A stretch of 61,984 nucleotides of DNA, filler included, from Choristocarpus tenellus KU-1152 (taxonomy: Eukaryota > Protista > Phaeophyceae): the NCBI GenBank assembly GCA_964200185.2. It is 11 parts of 11 records of this genome, joined end to end, with 100 filler letters (N's around TTAATTAATTAA, not from the genome) between each part and the next. Parts side by side here need not be neighbours in the genome. Positions count along the whole stretch, not along the records: positions 12,541 to 17,867 come from CAXNAD020011148.1; positions 17,968 to 26,985 come from CAXNAD020004076.1; 9 more parts are not named here. The stretch is one strand, 5' to 3'. The translations under genes were made by a program, and so were the position numbers. Below the pieces are notes generated by a model. The model ran no database searches and was not told the DNA's origin. It saw nothing but the letters and a program-made list of their open reading frames with translations. Of the stretch, positions 12,606-25,922 are shown piece by piece (position 1 is the first letter of the stretch; every line of letters starts with the position of its first letter).

Positions 12606-15600
12606 TTAGGGTTCAATGTTTGTTCCCATTCTCCCAACACCTCAACCATTGTGTATCCTATAGTCTACATCCTCGTCCGTCTTGGAAGGGAAGTAGGTGT
12701 GTTGTGGTGCTATTCTTGGAAGTTGTTCCTCTGAGGCATGCAACCTTTAAGACGTATAGTCTCGAGGGTGCCCATTGATGTGACCAACTCATTATCATGT
12801 GCACTATGAACGCTATTGCTTTTGCACCCACAATCATGATATCCTGTTTGAGTTGGATCTTAGTTCTCAATTGCTTGCTTCTATCAGACACTGCCATATT
12901 TTGGGGGTAAGTGGCATGTGTCAATGTTAGTACTGGGGTTGCCTTTGTGGTGTACACTTCTCCTTGAAGAACCGCCTTTTTTTTTGCCCCTCGTCTCTCT
13001 GCCTCTTTGGAATCTGGTCGATGACTGTTCACAGTGAGTCAGGACATATGGGAGGGCGACCGTGAGATCAACGTGATGATTTTATCTGTTGCAGGTCTGT
13101 CGAATCATGTGCTCTCCGTGCAATCACCATTACTTGACATGATGATGGGCGCATTGTACTATGCACGCCTCCTGAGAAGAGGTGTGTTGGGGCTGAATGT
13201 TGTTTTATCCTCCTGTTTCATTTGTTGTTCTCACAGCCCGTCTGGTTCTACACATGCGATGTGTTCACGCCCTAATTTCATCACTGTGTATGTGAAAGGG
13301 AATCAAGTGGACAGGCAATTGGCAAGCTTGCCATCGCAGGACCTTTGCACCCGCAACTGTACCATGTATCCGAGACCCCATATTGACCTAGACTCAGAAC
13401 AAGAACTATGATTATTGCCCTCTTGGGACTTGGTCGAAGGCATTGATGGCGAACTGTATTTACTCTATATTGAATGGTTAGAGACTTCGCTTTCCTGTGT
13501 AATCCAACCGATCTTGTGTCGCTTGTTTCTTACTCAGAGCACACCAAGTTTGGTGTTGGTATCATTTTCGTGTCGCTCTGAGTCCTTTCTCCATGGGGGA
13601 GGACTCTCTGAATGATTAGTATGTTCTTGTATCTCTTGCTTTGTGACAAGGACCTCCACCTATGTGGTCAAATGCTCCCGTGCCTCTTTGATATCGATCT
13701 CACCTCTACTCTGCGATATTTTGTGCTGCTCTCCCACATGAAAAGCTCAATTGAAAAATATTAAATGAAGAGACCTCTCCTCGGAAATTTAGTTGCAAAT
13801 GGAAGCCAGTACCAAAAAACAGTCAATTCAGACCCAATGCACCAGTCAACATGATGTATGTTGCAGCGGCGATAGGCCCCAAGCGGTCCACCTGCATATG
13901 CAAATGACACATTCCTATCCAAAGCGGCAACCTTTGTGTGCCAGCACCTAAGGCTCAAGACAGATCAAAGATCGTCGTTGTTGCTGCCGTTATCATTTGT
14001 ACTCTGCTGCAAGTCAAACATATTGCTTTAAGTATGGTACCCGTCAAGAGGTACGCCAACACACCTCACACACAGTATGCCACGACCAGTGTTGCCTACT
14101 CCCCCCCCTTTGTTGAGATGCTCTTGTTGTAGCACTCATCCCAGGGATTTTTCTGTGCCCGCCTTTTATCCGCCTCTTCTTCTAGTGCAGTGCAAGTCCC
14201 CCTTGCGTCTGGTAGGCTCTGCCTGGTCGGAAGACACCACCTGCTCTGGTGGAACGTTGCTCCAGTCAAGCAATACTGTCGAAAGATCCGCAAAGACTTT
14301 TTCCCGTACAACCATTTTGTCCCAGGTAGACACACCCCAGCTGAAGGTGAAAGGAGGATGTGATGTGGTGGTGTTTCTTGGTTTGTTTGTTGGTCTTGTA
14401 TTGTAAAATAAAAAAATAGTTATACCACAATACTTAACATTTCAGGTGCCTTCTGGCTCTCCAGACGAGTGACTTACAAGTTGCAAACATAGTGTGGTTG
14501 GGAGGGAACTCATTCTTCACTGGTATTGCAATTTCCCCACGGTTCTACAGATGTAAGTAAGTATAGCAGTGGTTGTGTTTTTGGTCCTTTCTACATCAGC
14601 TCCCCATGCGGAGGATGAGGAGGAGGTGTTATTGATGGGTTTTCGTTGCGGGATGATTTTGTTATTCATAATCTTCCTTGTGCATATTTTCCACCAACTT
14701 GTGGCAGCTCTCTGGTTGAGCCTTCCCCTGTCAATACACTAGAGCATCACAGTGGCACAATGCGACTGACTGTAGACCTCACAGACTGCATTATCTTAGC
14801 GATGCGGGTGTTCCAATGAGTAATAATCATTGCCAAGATCCTCAAACAGACGCAGCACTTTCTTCCTGGAGTCTCAAGTCTATGATTGAGTAGCTTTGGG
14901 TCTATTGTGAAGTATGTCTATTTGGTTTGCCAAGTGGTTTTATTGTGTGCAGTGCACTCAACACTACAGGATCAACAAGAATCTTGTGGGAGGAGAATGG
15001 AAAGAGTGGGTATTCTGATGCCTTTGAAATAAAATTCTTTAGCACACTAGAACCAAGCAACCAGGATCAGATCTGGGCCCACTAGAGGGAGGATTATGTA
15101 TAACGCGAGGCGTCCGATACCTTTGTAGCGAGCTCCTTGAGCCCTTGCTGAGCCTAAAAGTATCGGAGATTAGAGTATTGGCTCTATCTTCTCCCTTGGT
15201 GTTTGGAACACCCGTACCCAGAGTTGGCAGTCTTTATTGATTGGCATGATGGCCACAGGGACAGGGGGAGAGGAGGGTAAGATAGCTTGCTGGTCTATGA
15301 GACGCTTTAGCCACCCTTTTTCCTGACTACACGATTAGGCTTGCTTGACTTGCTTGGTGCTGGTAAACACACACATGCCAAGGGGGTTGTGAGGTGAACA
15401 ATATGTGGCAAGTATATAGGTTCGATCTCTACAAGTTACTGGCGGGCAAGTCTACTACTACTTTCCTTACCATTTGCACTCCAATTTTTGAGTCGGATCG
15501 TTCTTGTCCATCGCATGTCCGTTGCAGGACCCACCACCTCGTAGGCTTTGGGAGGAGGAGCAGACCACGGCAGTGCCAGTGGGCAAACGTACAAATTTTC

Positions 15601-17112
15601 CGAGGAGGAAGGGGAGGGCAAGGGTAAGGAGAGGAATTCCAAGGGAGACTTGAATGGAGGGGTAGGAGCATGACAAGGCGTTTGGCTATTTCTTGTCCCA
15701 GCTCTGTTGACCTCCCCTCAGCATGGACATTACGTACTTCTCAAAATGTTACGAAGTGTTGGTACCCTAGGATAATTTCTGATGTACATACGAGCCAGGC
15801 ATATATGTCACATCTCAGGAATCGTTTGGCGATGTTGATGTCTAAGGCACACGAGCCTCCCACAACAAGATTGTAGGCCATTCAAAGGAGTACCCGCATC
15901 TTGGGAAGGCGTGATGATTCTCGGCCTATGCATCTCTCTGCCTCCCTTTCTTTTTACTGAAGCCGCCATGTGCAGCCTGGTGAACCTCGCGTGGATCATC
16001 CGCCACCTCTTATGCTGTAGTGTTTTCACTCACTCATGACCATACTCACTTTTTTTTTGTGTGGTGTCCATTGCCGATCGTTTGTCTCTGGCCCCGCCTT
16101 AGTTCCTAGCCAGCCATCGATACCTATGCCTTGATTTATTGTCGGTGCTTCGGCTCCTCAGGCATCTCGACATCCAAAATCAAGACGGAGTACAGATCGG
16201 GGAGTACGGAGGGGTGGTCTAAGGAGAAGTCGGATAAGGCTCTGGCTGCCTGCGATGGAGACTCAAGTGGAGGTGTGGGTTTAGTGATGACACATAGGCC
16301 TCAGATGCGCATATTTTTTACTCTTGCTTCCAGCTTTCGAAGCGAATCGTTCCAACTGTTTTTCTGCATGGGCGATCCCACGTTTGTCTTCTCGGCGTCC
16401 TTGACGTGATACACGCCTCCTTCTTGAAGTGGGTGTTTTTGATTGTCTGCAGGGGTGGGNNNNNNNNNNCCCTGTTTGTCTTCCGGGCCCCTTGCGGGTT
16501 ATACCCCCTCCTTTTTGGAGGGGGGTTTTTTGGTTTGTGGGGGGGGGGGGGGGGGGGGGGTGGTAGATGGCAATGTACAGTAGTCTTCTATTTGAAGTGC
16601 TTTGGGGCATGAAATGTTCCCCGTTTTTAGTGACCTTATGCTAGGCAGAGATAGATGTGTTACACAGATTGCAGATGCGAGGTCGAGCCATCAGGTGTGG
16701 CCAGTGTTCCATCAAGGAATTAGAAGAGGATAGAGCGTGTGCTTTGAGACCTATGCCATGCTGATCTTGTGGCTGGCGGTCTTGTGAGGGGTGCTGGTGT
16801 GCTTGTGTGTTTTGGAGGGAAAAGCCTGACGACTGTAGATTTATTATTGAAGTATTCGGGATGTTTTTAGTCAGAACATGTTGCACCTCTGCCTGCTGAA
16901 GATTTTTCCTTTTTATGTGGTTCTCATTGACAACGGTAGTGTGGCCGAGAGGGAGACTGTACGGATATCAATATTTTATATTTACGTTGGTAGGATGGCT
17001 TTTGTGTCGTGCTGAACCAAAAAGGCAGAGTGTGTATTTTCACTGATTAATTGAACCAACATACCCTACCTCCGTATTCCTTCTACTCTTATTTACTTCT
17101 CCTCGGTGTCCC

Positions 17113-17113
17113 T

Positions 17114-17159
<46 letters not shown>

Positions 17160-17186
17160 CCCCGCCCTATCTGTGCGTATGTATTC

Positions 17187-17220
<34 letters not shown>
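17113..17220. repeat. Poly-C tracts; also poly-G at 16539-16560
   Basis: Homopolymer runs of 20 to more than 40 nt. Confidence 0.9.
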
Positions 17221-17221
<1 letters not shown>

Positions 17222-19518
17222 ATCAGTGTCTAGAGGATAAATGAGAGTATTTTGGCTGATACTGTTGCATGTCTAGCTTTCGGAAGAGTAAGACAGCCCT
17301 ACGTCAGATTGCATCTGTTCAGGAATGACTTATGTGTGATGTTGAAGAGTCGTCATCCTAGGACTGACGGTAGTAAGGGGACATGCATGAAGGACAACGT
17401 GTTCTTTTTCACACCAACGGGAATGGCCTGTGTGGTATAGTTAGCCAATGAGATTCGTGCATTCCTCGACAATGTGTGCGTATGTTTCTAATGACTAGAT
17501 CACCAATAGTGAGTGCAAAACTACTTTCGGCTTTCTTTTTTTTAGTCTGCAGGGCGGAGCTGTGAAGACACCAGCAGCAAGGGCAAAGTAGGCAACCATC
17601 ACAGAACACACAAACAAAACAAGTGACTCAAGATCGAACAGCCAGCTCCTGGGCAGCTTGGCATCAAGTACGAAGGCCTTTACACCCTCCAAGATCAGAA
17701 GGCTGGACGGTGGCTCAGGGGAGAGGATGGCAATTGGCTGATACGCAGTCACACTGGAGAATGGGAGCTGGTGAAGTGCCTGGATGGTAGATGGCGCCTG
17801 GAGGTGCTGGTGCATGATAGCAACCCTGCACACACGTGTAAGAAGGGGACCTGCTGACCAGAAGACCNNNNNNNNNNNNNNNNNNNNNNNNNNNNNNNNN
17901 NNNNNNNNNNNTTAATTAATTAANNNNNNNNNNNNNNNNNNNNNNNNNNNNNNNNNNNNNNNNNNNNCTGTCGGATGGATACTGTAAATGCACTTTCCCT
18001 GATGTTGGTCAAATGGACACCCTGGTGTAGACCCACTCACCCCTCCCAGATACTTTGGGTCAATCCATACAATCTTGAGTCCAATACATGCAAGGTTCTA
18101 TTTAGCCTGCGCCCTTGTAGTTACCAAGCAAAAAGGTTGGCATATAGTTGGCAGTTGATTGTGGTTTATAGTCAAAGAATGCCAACGTCTTTTTCTGATG
18201 AAGATTGAAACACAAGGGAGTAGGCCATGGGGGAGGGGGGGCAAAAGAGGGGAACACGCAATTGTAGGTCAAAAAGTTCTTTTTTGTTGGGTAAGTGTGT
18301 TGATGCTTCCTGTGGTCCCTACTACGTCTCAAGTGGACAAGTTTTATATTGAGGGCCTTGTTTCATGAGTCCATATACCCTTACCAACATATTTGTGATG
18401 CAGTGTTCTTAGAGAATTGTCCTCTGTTGCTTGACGCAGTCAAAGTGTTGTGAACAGGGGGAAAGGAAGTATGAGCAAGAGAGGCATCTTTGATGTTGTT
18501 GCCTTGTCCTGAACACACATCGTATTTTTTTGCGGAAAGGTCCTCTGCACAACTTGAGTACACCATCTCTTGTTTGCACTCCGAGTACATATCTTGGGAC
18601 ATAGGGCCCGTTTGGCTCTATAGGGTCCAGAAGTTGAGCTTATTTCCCCCTCACCACTGCATCCAACAGCTTGGCAAACTAGTTACACAGAAAAATCAAA
18701 CATTTTTTTTTCTTTTGATTGAGTCACTTTTCTTGTGGGAAAGAAAAGATCCCCCTACTATGCCATAACAGCCCCAAAATGATAGAAATAGAGTGAGGAG
18801 TCAAATTTGAGCGCATTAACCATTAACCTAGAGTAGTTCTAATCTTCATGAAAAGATAGGTAACCTAGGTACTTGTACCAGGAAATGTGGTGTATTAAAT
18901 TGGGTTTCGGTGAAGTCATTGGTGTGGTATGACTAAGAAAGACCTGTTTACGGTATGCGAAAGGTACTTGAACCGTTCAGGGTAAATGCGTAGTAGGGTC
19001 ATGCTGCTCTGCCAACTACTGATTTCAAAGGCAGCAGAAAGTGAGAAAAGTTGGATTAGTTGGCGGCCTGCCTGTGAAAATGATTATATTTTAAGCACTG
19101 CCTGGAAATAGGCCCATTACGTTTGGATTTAATACCTAAAACATTGTTGTGGTATTTGGATAGCAGGCGAGTGGGACACATGCCATGGAAACTAACCCTG
19201 TTGGGGACCACCTTATTCTGCGCAAGGATTTTGACTAGCCCTGATGAGGCACCTGGACATAAATCACACTCGAGTACCACATTGGATCGGTTGGCAAGGG
19301 GAACATCACAGCGCCTTGATGATGAACTAGACATAAGCATAGCGTCTGGCTGCAAGGGATGACCAAGACCATTCTTGCAAGTGGATGTTGATGTGATTGA
19401 ATCAGTCCCTGTGCTTGAATGGACCAGTGAGAAAGGAGATGGGACGGGGAGGCCAGTGTCGCCAAATAAAGTTGAGGAGATGGATTTCAGAGAAGGGGAT
19501 AAAACTATACTTAATAGT

Positions 19519-19524
19519 CATCTC

Positions 19525-19555
<31 letters not shown>
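19519..19555. repeat. (TC)n microsatellite; also (AC)n/(AT)n at 40487-40537 and (TATG)n at 53137-53172
   Basis: Directly visible. Confidence 0.9.
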
Positions 19556-19559
<4 letters not shown>

Positions 19560-20417
19560 AACGGAAGATAGATAGGGTGGTCTTTGTCATGAACAGCATT
19601 CAAAAAAGGGCATGGGGTGAATCTTTGAGGCATGTTCGACTGAGTGAATGCGAGCAAAAAAGTGGTTTAGCTGGTTTCCGACAGTTTTAAGGTTCACCTT
19701 TATCCCTGCGGAGGCACCACCAAATTCTCCTCACGTTTCAAGGAAGTTACATGCCAGAAGTGGTTATTTTGACCACGAACGCACGCCCCAGTGTTTTGGA
19801 GGTCGGAATTTGGTAGGACAAAAAGATGAGCATTTGGCCGATAACAGAGCAAGTGGTGGCTAGATGATTGTCCTGTGATCTCGCCCACGGTACCATAGAG
19901 ACCAAGACTGTTAACGTGATTGGTGATCTCTACCACAAAATGCTGAAAGAAGGAAAATAACAGGCAGGGATTAGTCATGTAAATGGGTCCTTGGTGGACA
20001 AGGGAATGGACTTCCTGGAGGGTGCGGGGAAGGAGGTAGTTCTTGGGGTCTGCTGATTTGTTTTGCACCAAATTTTAATCAGGGCTTTATGGTAGTGCTT
20101 CCAATCATGTCCTATCTATTCCATACCTTCACTGGCCCAGGGTGTGACATATTTCTCTGCCCATTTCAAAGTTGTTTGGTAGTTCCAAAGAGAGGGAGTG
20201 CCCAATGATCCGTACTTGTGATTACAGCTCCACAGTCTCTTGTTACAACCTTGAGGTTGTACAATGTTGAAGCTTTTTTTGAAGAAGGGTAATAGATACC
20301 TTGCTGGCGGATCTTTTATGGGGTGGGAAATTGTCATCCCACCGCAAGTTGAAATAATTGTGCCTCCCCTGACTGGGTGACAAAGAGATCTTTTCCGGGA
20401 GGGATACCATATATGTA

Positions 20418-20983
20418 CAGTACTGTGCAAAATTGGAGTTCCAGACAGGACAACGATCCGAAGCATACAGCGAAGAAGAACCTTCCTATTTGAAAGGTGA
20501 CCGGTGGCCTGCGACCTTGATGGAATGGCCTGCACAGTCGCCTGATTTAAATTCCATTGAGAACCTATGGCATCATCTAAACTCGCAAGTTCGAAAGAGG
20601 TCCAGAAAACGGAAAAACCTGGATGAATTGTTCGATGCACCTACGAGAAGAGCGGGAGAACGTAAATCCGGAATATCTCAAGAATCTCGTGCACTCTATG
20701 CCAAAAAGATGCAGAGATATCGTGGACGCTAAAGGATATTGGACCAAGTATTAGATAGAAGACGAAGAACTGCTTTAAATATGGTTATAGCCAGCTTACG
20801 GCAAAATGTAAGAATCGGTTTTTGCAAAATTCACAGTATCATAGGAACCAATGAAGTGATTTCTTCCATAACAATTTAGGAGGCCCTTATTAGACATAAT
20901 AACAATAAGCATGGCAAAATTTCCCGTAGGAACGCACAGAAAAGTGAAATTCACGTTTGTACTAAACTTTTTGCATAGTACTG
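20418..20983 (+). mobile_element. Internally deleted Tc1 element with the C-terminal half of the transposase
   Basis: Termini TA|CAGTACTGTGCAAAA ... TTTTGCATAGTACTG|TA. Frameshifted motifs QDNDPKHTAK, MEWPAQSPDLNSIENLW and SMPKRCRDIVDAKGYWTKY*. Confidence 0.9.
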
Positions 20984-23207
20984 TATGTAGGTCGTAATTA
21001 CATCAGGTCATGTATTGGTCAGGGTCGGATTGCTGCTGATGTGAATAGGTGGGAAACGATCAAGCAATTACACCTGCAGGTGGAACGTTAAAGGATAAAT
21101 TGTGGATCATAGTACTGCTGTATGAGTCAATAATACTACCACTTACTCTTCAAGGCACTAAAATAAGTTGTGCAAATCCCCCCCACTCCGTCCTATCCCA
21201 GGAAACACGTAGGGTTGTTTTTGTAGCCGGTTGCCTACTGGAATGTGAAATCCCTGATCTCTGCCACCCGAAGAAAAGGGGGTTTAGCTGAACTGTGTAC
21301 CAGGGTGACTTTAGTCACAGGCATTAAGTGTTCCGCCCAAATAATGTCAATAATTTCTTGCACAATTGTCTCATATACTGCCAATCAAAATCAGTTTGTA
21401 CTTAGTTGAATCGTCCTAAAACAGCAACGCATATATCAATTATAACAAAAGTAACAGTAATAATAGTAATGTAATCATCAGGTGGATGTTGCAAAGCACA
21501 AGTGTCCTTTTTAGTCATAGTGACATAGAGGTTGTCCCGTTGGTATGAACGATCTAAAATGATTTTGAACTGTCCAGGAATCTTCAACATCATGGACCTG
21601 GGAACATACGCTCTTACTTTTGTTGCCTACACATTCTACTCCAGTTGTAACCTCATTTTCGCACCATCATCAACTACTTGTAGACTCTGTGAGCCATGCC
21701 TAAACAGTGCCGAGGACAAGGGCGTGTCATTCTGAATGTTGACACTACCTATTGAGCATTCTACAAATCTCCAACATGATTCAAGGAAGACCTTTCTCAT
21801 TCTCCTCCATCACACCACACTTACCAGCTCTCCAATTTCCAATATACTAGAAGTCATTTGCAAGCCTTTACCCACTTCAATCCAGCCTGGACCTTGTAAC
21901 CTGCACTTGTATCAATCAGGTGATGAAGCGCTTGGAGGGCTTCACTGGGAAGATGACCGTGGATGATAAGCACAGGACCAACAACGTTATAGATCATTAC
22001 ACACCCCACATTTATCTGGACAGGATAATGAGTACTGCAACAATCCCTCCTGGAGGAAGAGACTCCAGCAGGGAGACACGGGATGGTCTTGGAGGGCGAC
22101 CAAGATCTGGTTAGGGTGTACTGCTATGAAGAACTCTTGAAAGCTACAGTACAACGACTGCTTCTTCCTCCACTGCTACTGAAGCGGCATCCGTTGACTC
22201 AATATGAGCGGATTTGAGTTGTGTATTGGCGACTGGTTTCAGTAGTAGCGGTGGCTGTTTGGTTGTAAGGTATTATTATTTCTACCTCTACTAAGATCTA
22301 TGAAGATCCATGGATTAGTGGACATGGATTGGAACGTCAGTTGTTGCAGAGCAATGAACACGGTAACCTTAATTTTAATATGTTTACATTGCGCATGGCT
22401 TTGGAGTGGGGTTGAATGAGGTGTAAAGGTTGTTGGGAACAGCGGTAAGAAGCATACACTGGAGGTAATGTAATTTGGGGGTGCAGGATCACTTGGTAGA
22501 GGGTTGCAGGGGATGGAACGAGGCATATATATCTTTGAGAAATGAGGAAATATGTAGTAAATTCTATGCTTATCAGCAGGATAAAAGACTAGTGGTATTC
22601 TGGGAAGGGAAGACTTAGGAGGTGTTCAAGGCATGATGACCACACTGTGCTTTGAAAGGCCAATGCCTCGTTCCTGGATCTGAACGACCATTGCAGGGAA
22701 TTAGTTGGTTCTAGGGTTGCTTCCGTGCTAGGTTCATGGTGAAGAGATTTCTCAGTGTGGCTAGCATTTTTGATGAAGCATAAGATCCTCAGATCTGTAA
22801 ATGAATGATTACTCATATATTGACAGGGTCTTGATGCGATGTATGTGTCACAGAAGTAGGGTTCTACTCAGGAGTATATAATCTCCAGAGGGATATTTGT
22901 TATCGTGGGTGTGGGGGGGGAGGCGGAAGTTGTGAGAACCCTGTTGCGTAAAGGCGTTGAAACTTTGTTCAAAGCCATAATCTTAACCTTTATGTGTTAT
23001 TTCTTCACATAGTATGGATCCAATGCAGCCACTTCAAAGTATGATCCAAAGGATCCAATCCTTTTAATCGTGTGCTCAGTCTTAGCGCTCACTAGACATT
23101 GATGAGGAATAACCAATATTTGAGCTGTATTATTGTTCTGTTCAGATCTATTTTTTGCAAATACCGCTGCCTTGTGTCTTGTTTCTCGATGCTCCCGTAT
23201 TCTATGA

Positions 23208-23459
23208 GAATCAAACCGGGAGGTAGGCTGGGTTGAATTTTAAGGATCCCGACTTTAAGTCAAGAAATTTCGTTTTTGTACAATTGAAAGGAGGTCCATT
23301 GCTGAATTGTGGTATCACTTTTTGTGTGTTGAAAGGGGGAATAATATTATTTATCGTACTGCGCACACAAACCAATGGATAGTGTATTGCATGGGGTAAG
23401 AAAGATGGCTTAGAATGCAAAAGAATCCAAACCTGCCTACCTGTCAATTGGTTTGACTC
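23208..23459 (+). mobile_element. MITE family B copy (flanks ATGA/GTGA)
   Basis: GAATCAAACC..GAGGTAG ... CTACCTGTCAATTGGTTTGACTC; internal match to the other B copies. Confidence 0.85.
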
Positions 23460-23684
23460 GTGAAGAGGAGGAACATAGTATATTCGAGCTGGTGCATCGA
23501 CCTTTGCAACTAGTATTGCTGCTGTGAATCAACTATTTGGAGTTATGTTAGATTTCCTACTTTATTTTCTCAGCTTCAAGAATCAGTGCTGAAAATTATC
23601 ATCGTTTGCTGCTTCATTTCAGCAACCCTAAAATGTGAGTTGTGATGCATAGTCTAAACAGTCTTGGATCTTTTTTTTTCTGCA

Positions 23685-23941
23685 GAGTAAAACGAACTGA
23701 GAGGCATGGTTGCATTCTAACGATCCCGAGAAAGGGCAAAAGGATGTCATTTTGCACAATTGCAGAAAGAGCCTTAACTGAATTACGGTGTCACTTTCTG
23801 CGTGAAGAGGGGGAACATCCATTTTGCTGACACTTTTGTGCACACTAAAGCAATGAAACAGTGTGTTTGTTGTACAGGGTAAGGAAGGTGGATTCGATGC
23901 AAAAGAATCCAAACCTACCTACCTCTCGATTGGTTTGGCTC
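23685..23941 (+). mobile_element. MITE family B copy with perfect 4-bp TSD TGCA
   Basis: TGCA|GAGTAAAAC ... GGTTTGGCTC|TGCA. Confidence 0.88.
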
Positions 23942-24118
23942 TGCACTGATTTTATGTGTCCTTGTATAGCAAGAGACTCCAGTACGAAGTCTAGTACGCT
24001 GAGTCAGATGAGCAACCCGTTGTTCCCAATACCACAAGATTGCATTTTTTATACTTCAGGTTTTAAAGGGCATCAAAGTTCCCTGAGGTGGAACAATTTG
24101 GCAACTTCTGCGGCTAGT

Positions 24119-24379
24119 GAGTCAAAGTAAACGAGAGGTAGATACCTAGAGATCTATTTCAAGGATGCTGACAGATATGTCAAAATTCGGATTTTTTTAC
24201 AAATGCGTGTTAGAACCTTTCTGAAATGCGTCGAGAAGTATAAAACAATAGAGAGGTCAGCGCTCTCAAGTCAAGACTTTGCACTTCATGGAAACATCAG
24301 TGAATTGCAAAAGTTCGAAAAAACTGGCTTCAAATACAATAACGGACAAAACCTGGGTACCTCTCGTTTACTTTGGCTC
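24119..24379 (+). mobile_element. MITE family C copy
   Basis: Near-perfect 22-bp TIR GAGTCAAAGTAAACGAGAGGTA / TACCTCTCGTTTACTTTGGCTC. Confidence 0.9.
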
Positions 24380-24881
24380 GGTGCAAGGTGTTCTTTAGGC
24401 TCAAGTTGCCGTGTTGTGCGTGCGTGCACATCCATTTGTGTTGCACTATTGAGATTCTTGAGTGGAAGTATGCCTATTTCCGATTTCTCGTGTGTATGCG
24501 AGTGTGGTGCAGCGCCTCTCTCTTACTAGAAGTGACCCTTGTCCTCACGCACTTGAAATGTTTCAGTAGTAGTGGTAGTGTGTTGAACGACTGGAAATGA
24601 TATATTGTTTTGAGTAATAATATTAATAGTAGTAGTAACAACCAATAATATTAGAACTGATCATAATAATGACAATAATAATACTATTGAACTATGTATT
24701 GTATAGTATTATCCATTGCTACTGCCAATCCATGTTTACATCGTTTACCCTCTTCTGGAAGTTCCTGAACAAGGGATGTGTAAACACTACACCAATATAC
24801 GTCTATCATTCACATCCACATATACATAATAATATTTCTCCGTGAAGTAAAGTAGTGCACGAGAATATAGTAGTAGTAACC

Positions 24882-25394
24882 GAGCCAAACCAATTGAGAG
24901 GTAGACAGAGTTGCATTTTAAGGGTCACCGGAGAGGTCAAAAATATGTCATTTTGTACAATTGCATAAAGAGTCTTTGCTGAATTGTGGAGTCACTTTGT
25001 GTGTAAAAAGAGGGAGAGTATCAATTTTGTATACACTACTGTGTACATAAAGGAATGAAATAGAGTGTATTGCACAGGGTAAGAGCCAAAGTATCTTAAA
25101 GAGTAGAGTCGCGCCCGTTTGGGTCCAAAATCCAATGTTGTCATGTTGATGTTATTTTGACTATCGTATTGTCAATATCCTTGTTCTGGATACACCTTTT
25201 CATAACGTACACATTTTACCTACTTCTAGACATTTTGGAGTATGAAAATCCCACTAAAAAAAGACCATGGGAAGCCAAGCTCCAAATGGACAAGCAGGGC
25301 AAAACTCTTTCCCTCTAAGATACTTTCACTCTAAGAAAGATGGCTCAGAATGCAGAAGGGTTCAAACTTGTCTACCTCTCAATTGATTTGATTC
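24882..25394 (+). mobile_element. MITE family B copy interrupted by a nested family A copy (25083-25331, TAA duplicated)
   Basis: B TIRs GAGCCAAACCAATTGAGAGGTAG / CTACCTCTCAATTGATTTGATTC. Removing A and one TAA restores GGGTAAGAAAGATGG, as in the B copy at ~23394. Confidence 0.92.
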
Positions 25395-25922
25395 CCCACT
25401 AACAATCCCCATGCACCTCTAGTGGTGGCGAGAGAAACACTGCCAAGATTGTCTCGAGAAGTGCACCTCTCTTGTTCCATACAGTCCCAATGTTGTGGGC
25501 GTACATGTGTGTGTTTACATAATATTATTCTTCATGATGTGCCCACAAAATGCTCTTATATAAACATATATGATAGTTCGAAGTATATTTATATGTATAT
25601 TATTGTCTACTGCCCCTGCTGCTCTATCATTATATCATTAGTACTCTAAACATTCCTGCACTAGGAACATGTACGCATCACATTATTAAATATGTACCGT
25701 TCGAGCCCACACACACTTATTCGAGAAGTGTAGTAGTGCACATAAAACTCGAGTAATTGTATGAACCACCGTACTAACAGCACTCGTACACCCCTGTTCC
25801 ATGCAGCCTTCATGTTGTGGGCATGCATGTGTGCGTGCAAAATAGACTTCATTATGTACCCTCAATGTGTTAAAAGTATGATATATGCATGAATGGTTGG
25901 TTGTCTGCTATTGTTGCTGCTA

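Noticed and set aside
17051-17233. Poly-proline ORF (and poly-Gly/Pro ORFs at 16281-16612)
   Set aside because: Translations of C/G homopolymer runs that are probably intronic or assembly-inflated.
25083-25331. Classifying the MITEs as Tourist/PIF-Harbinger from the TAA duplication
   Set aside because: Other copies of the same family show 4-bp (TTCC, TTAA) or non-TWA (AGT) duplications. Not fully excluded, but not preferred.
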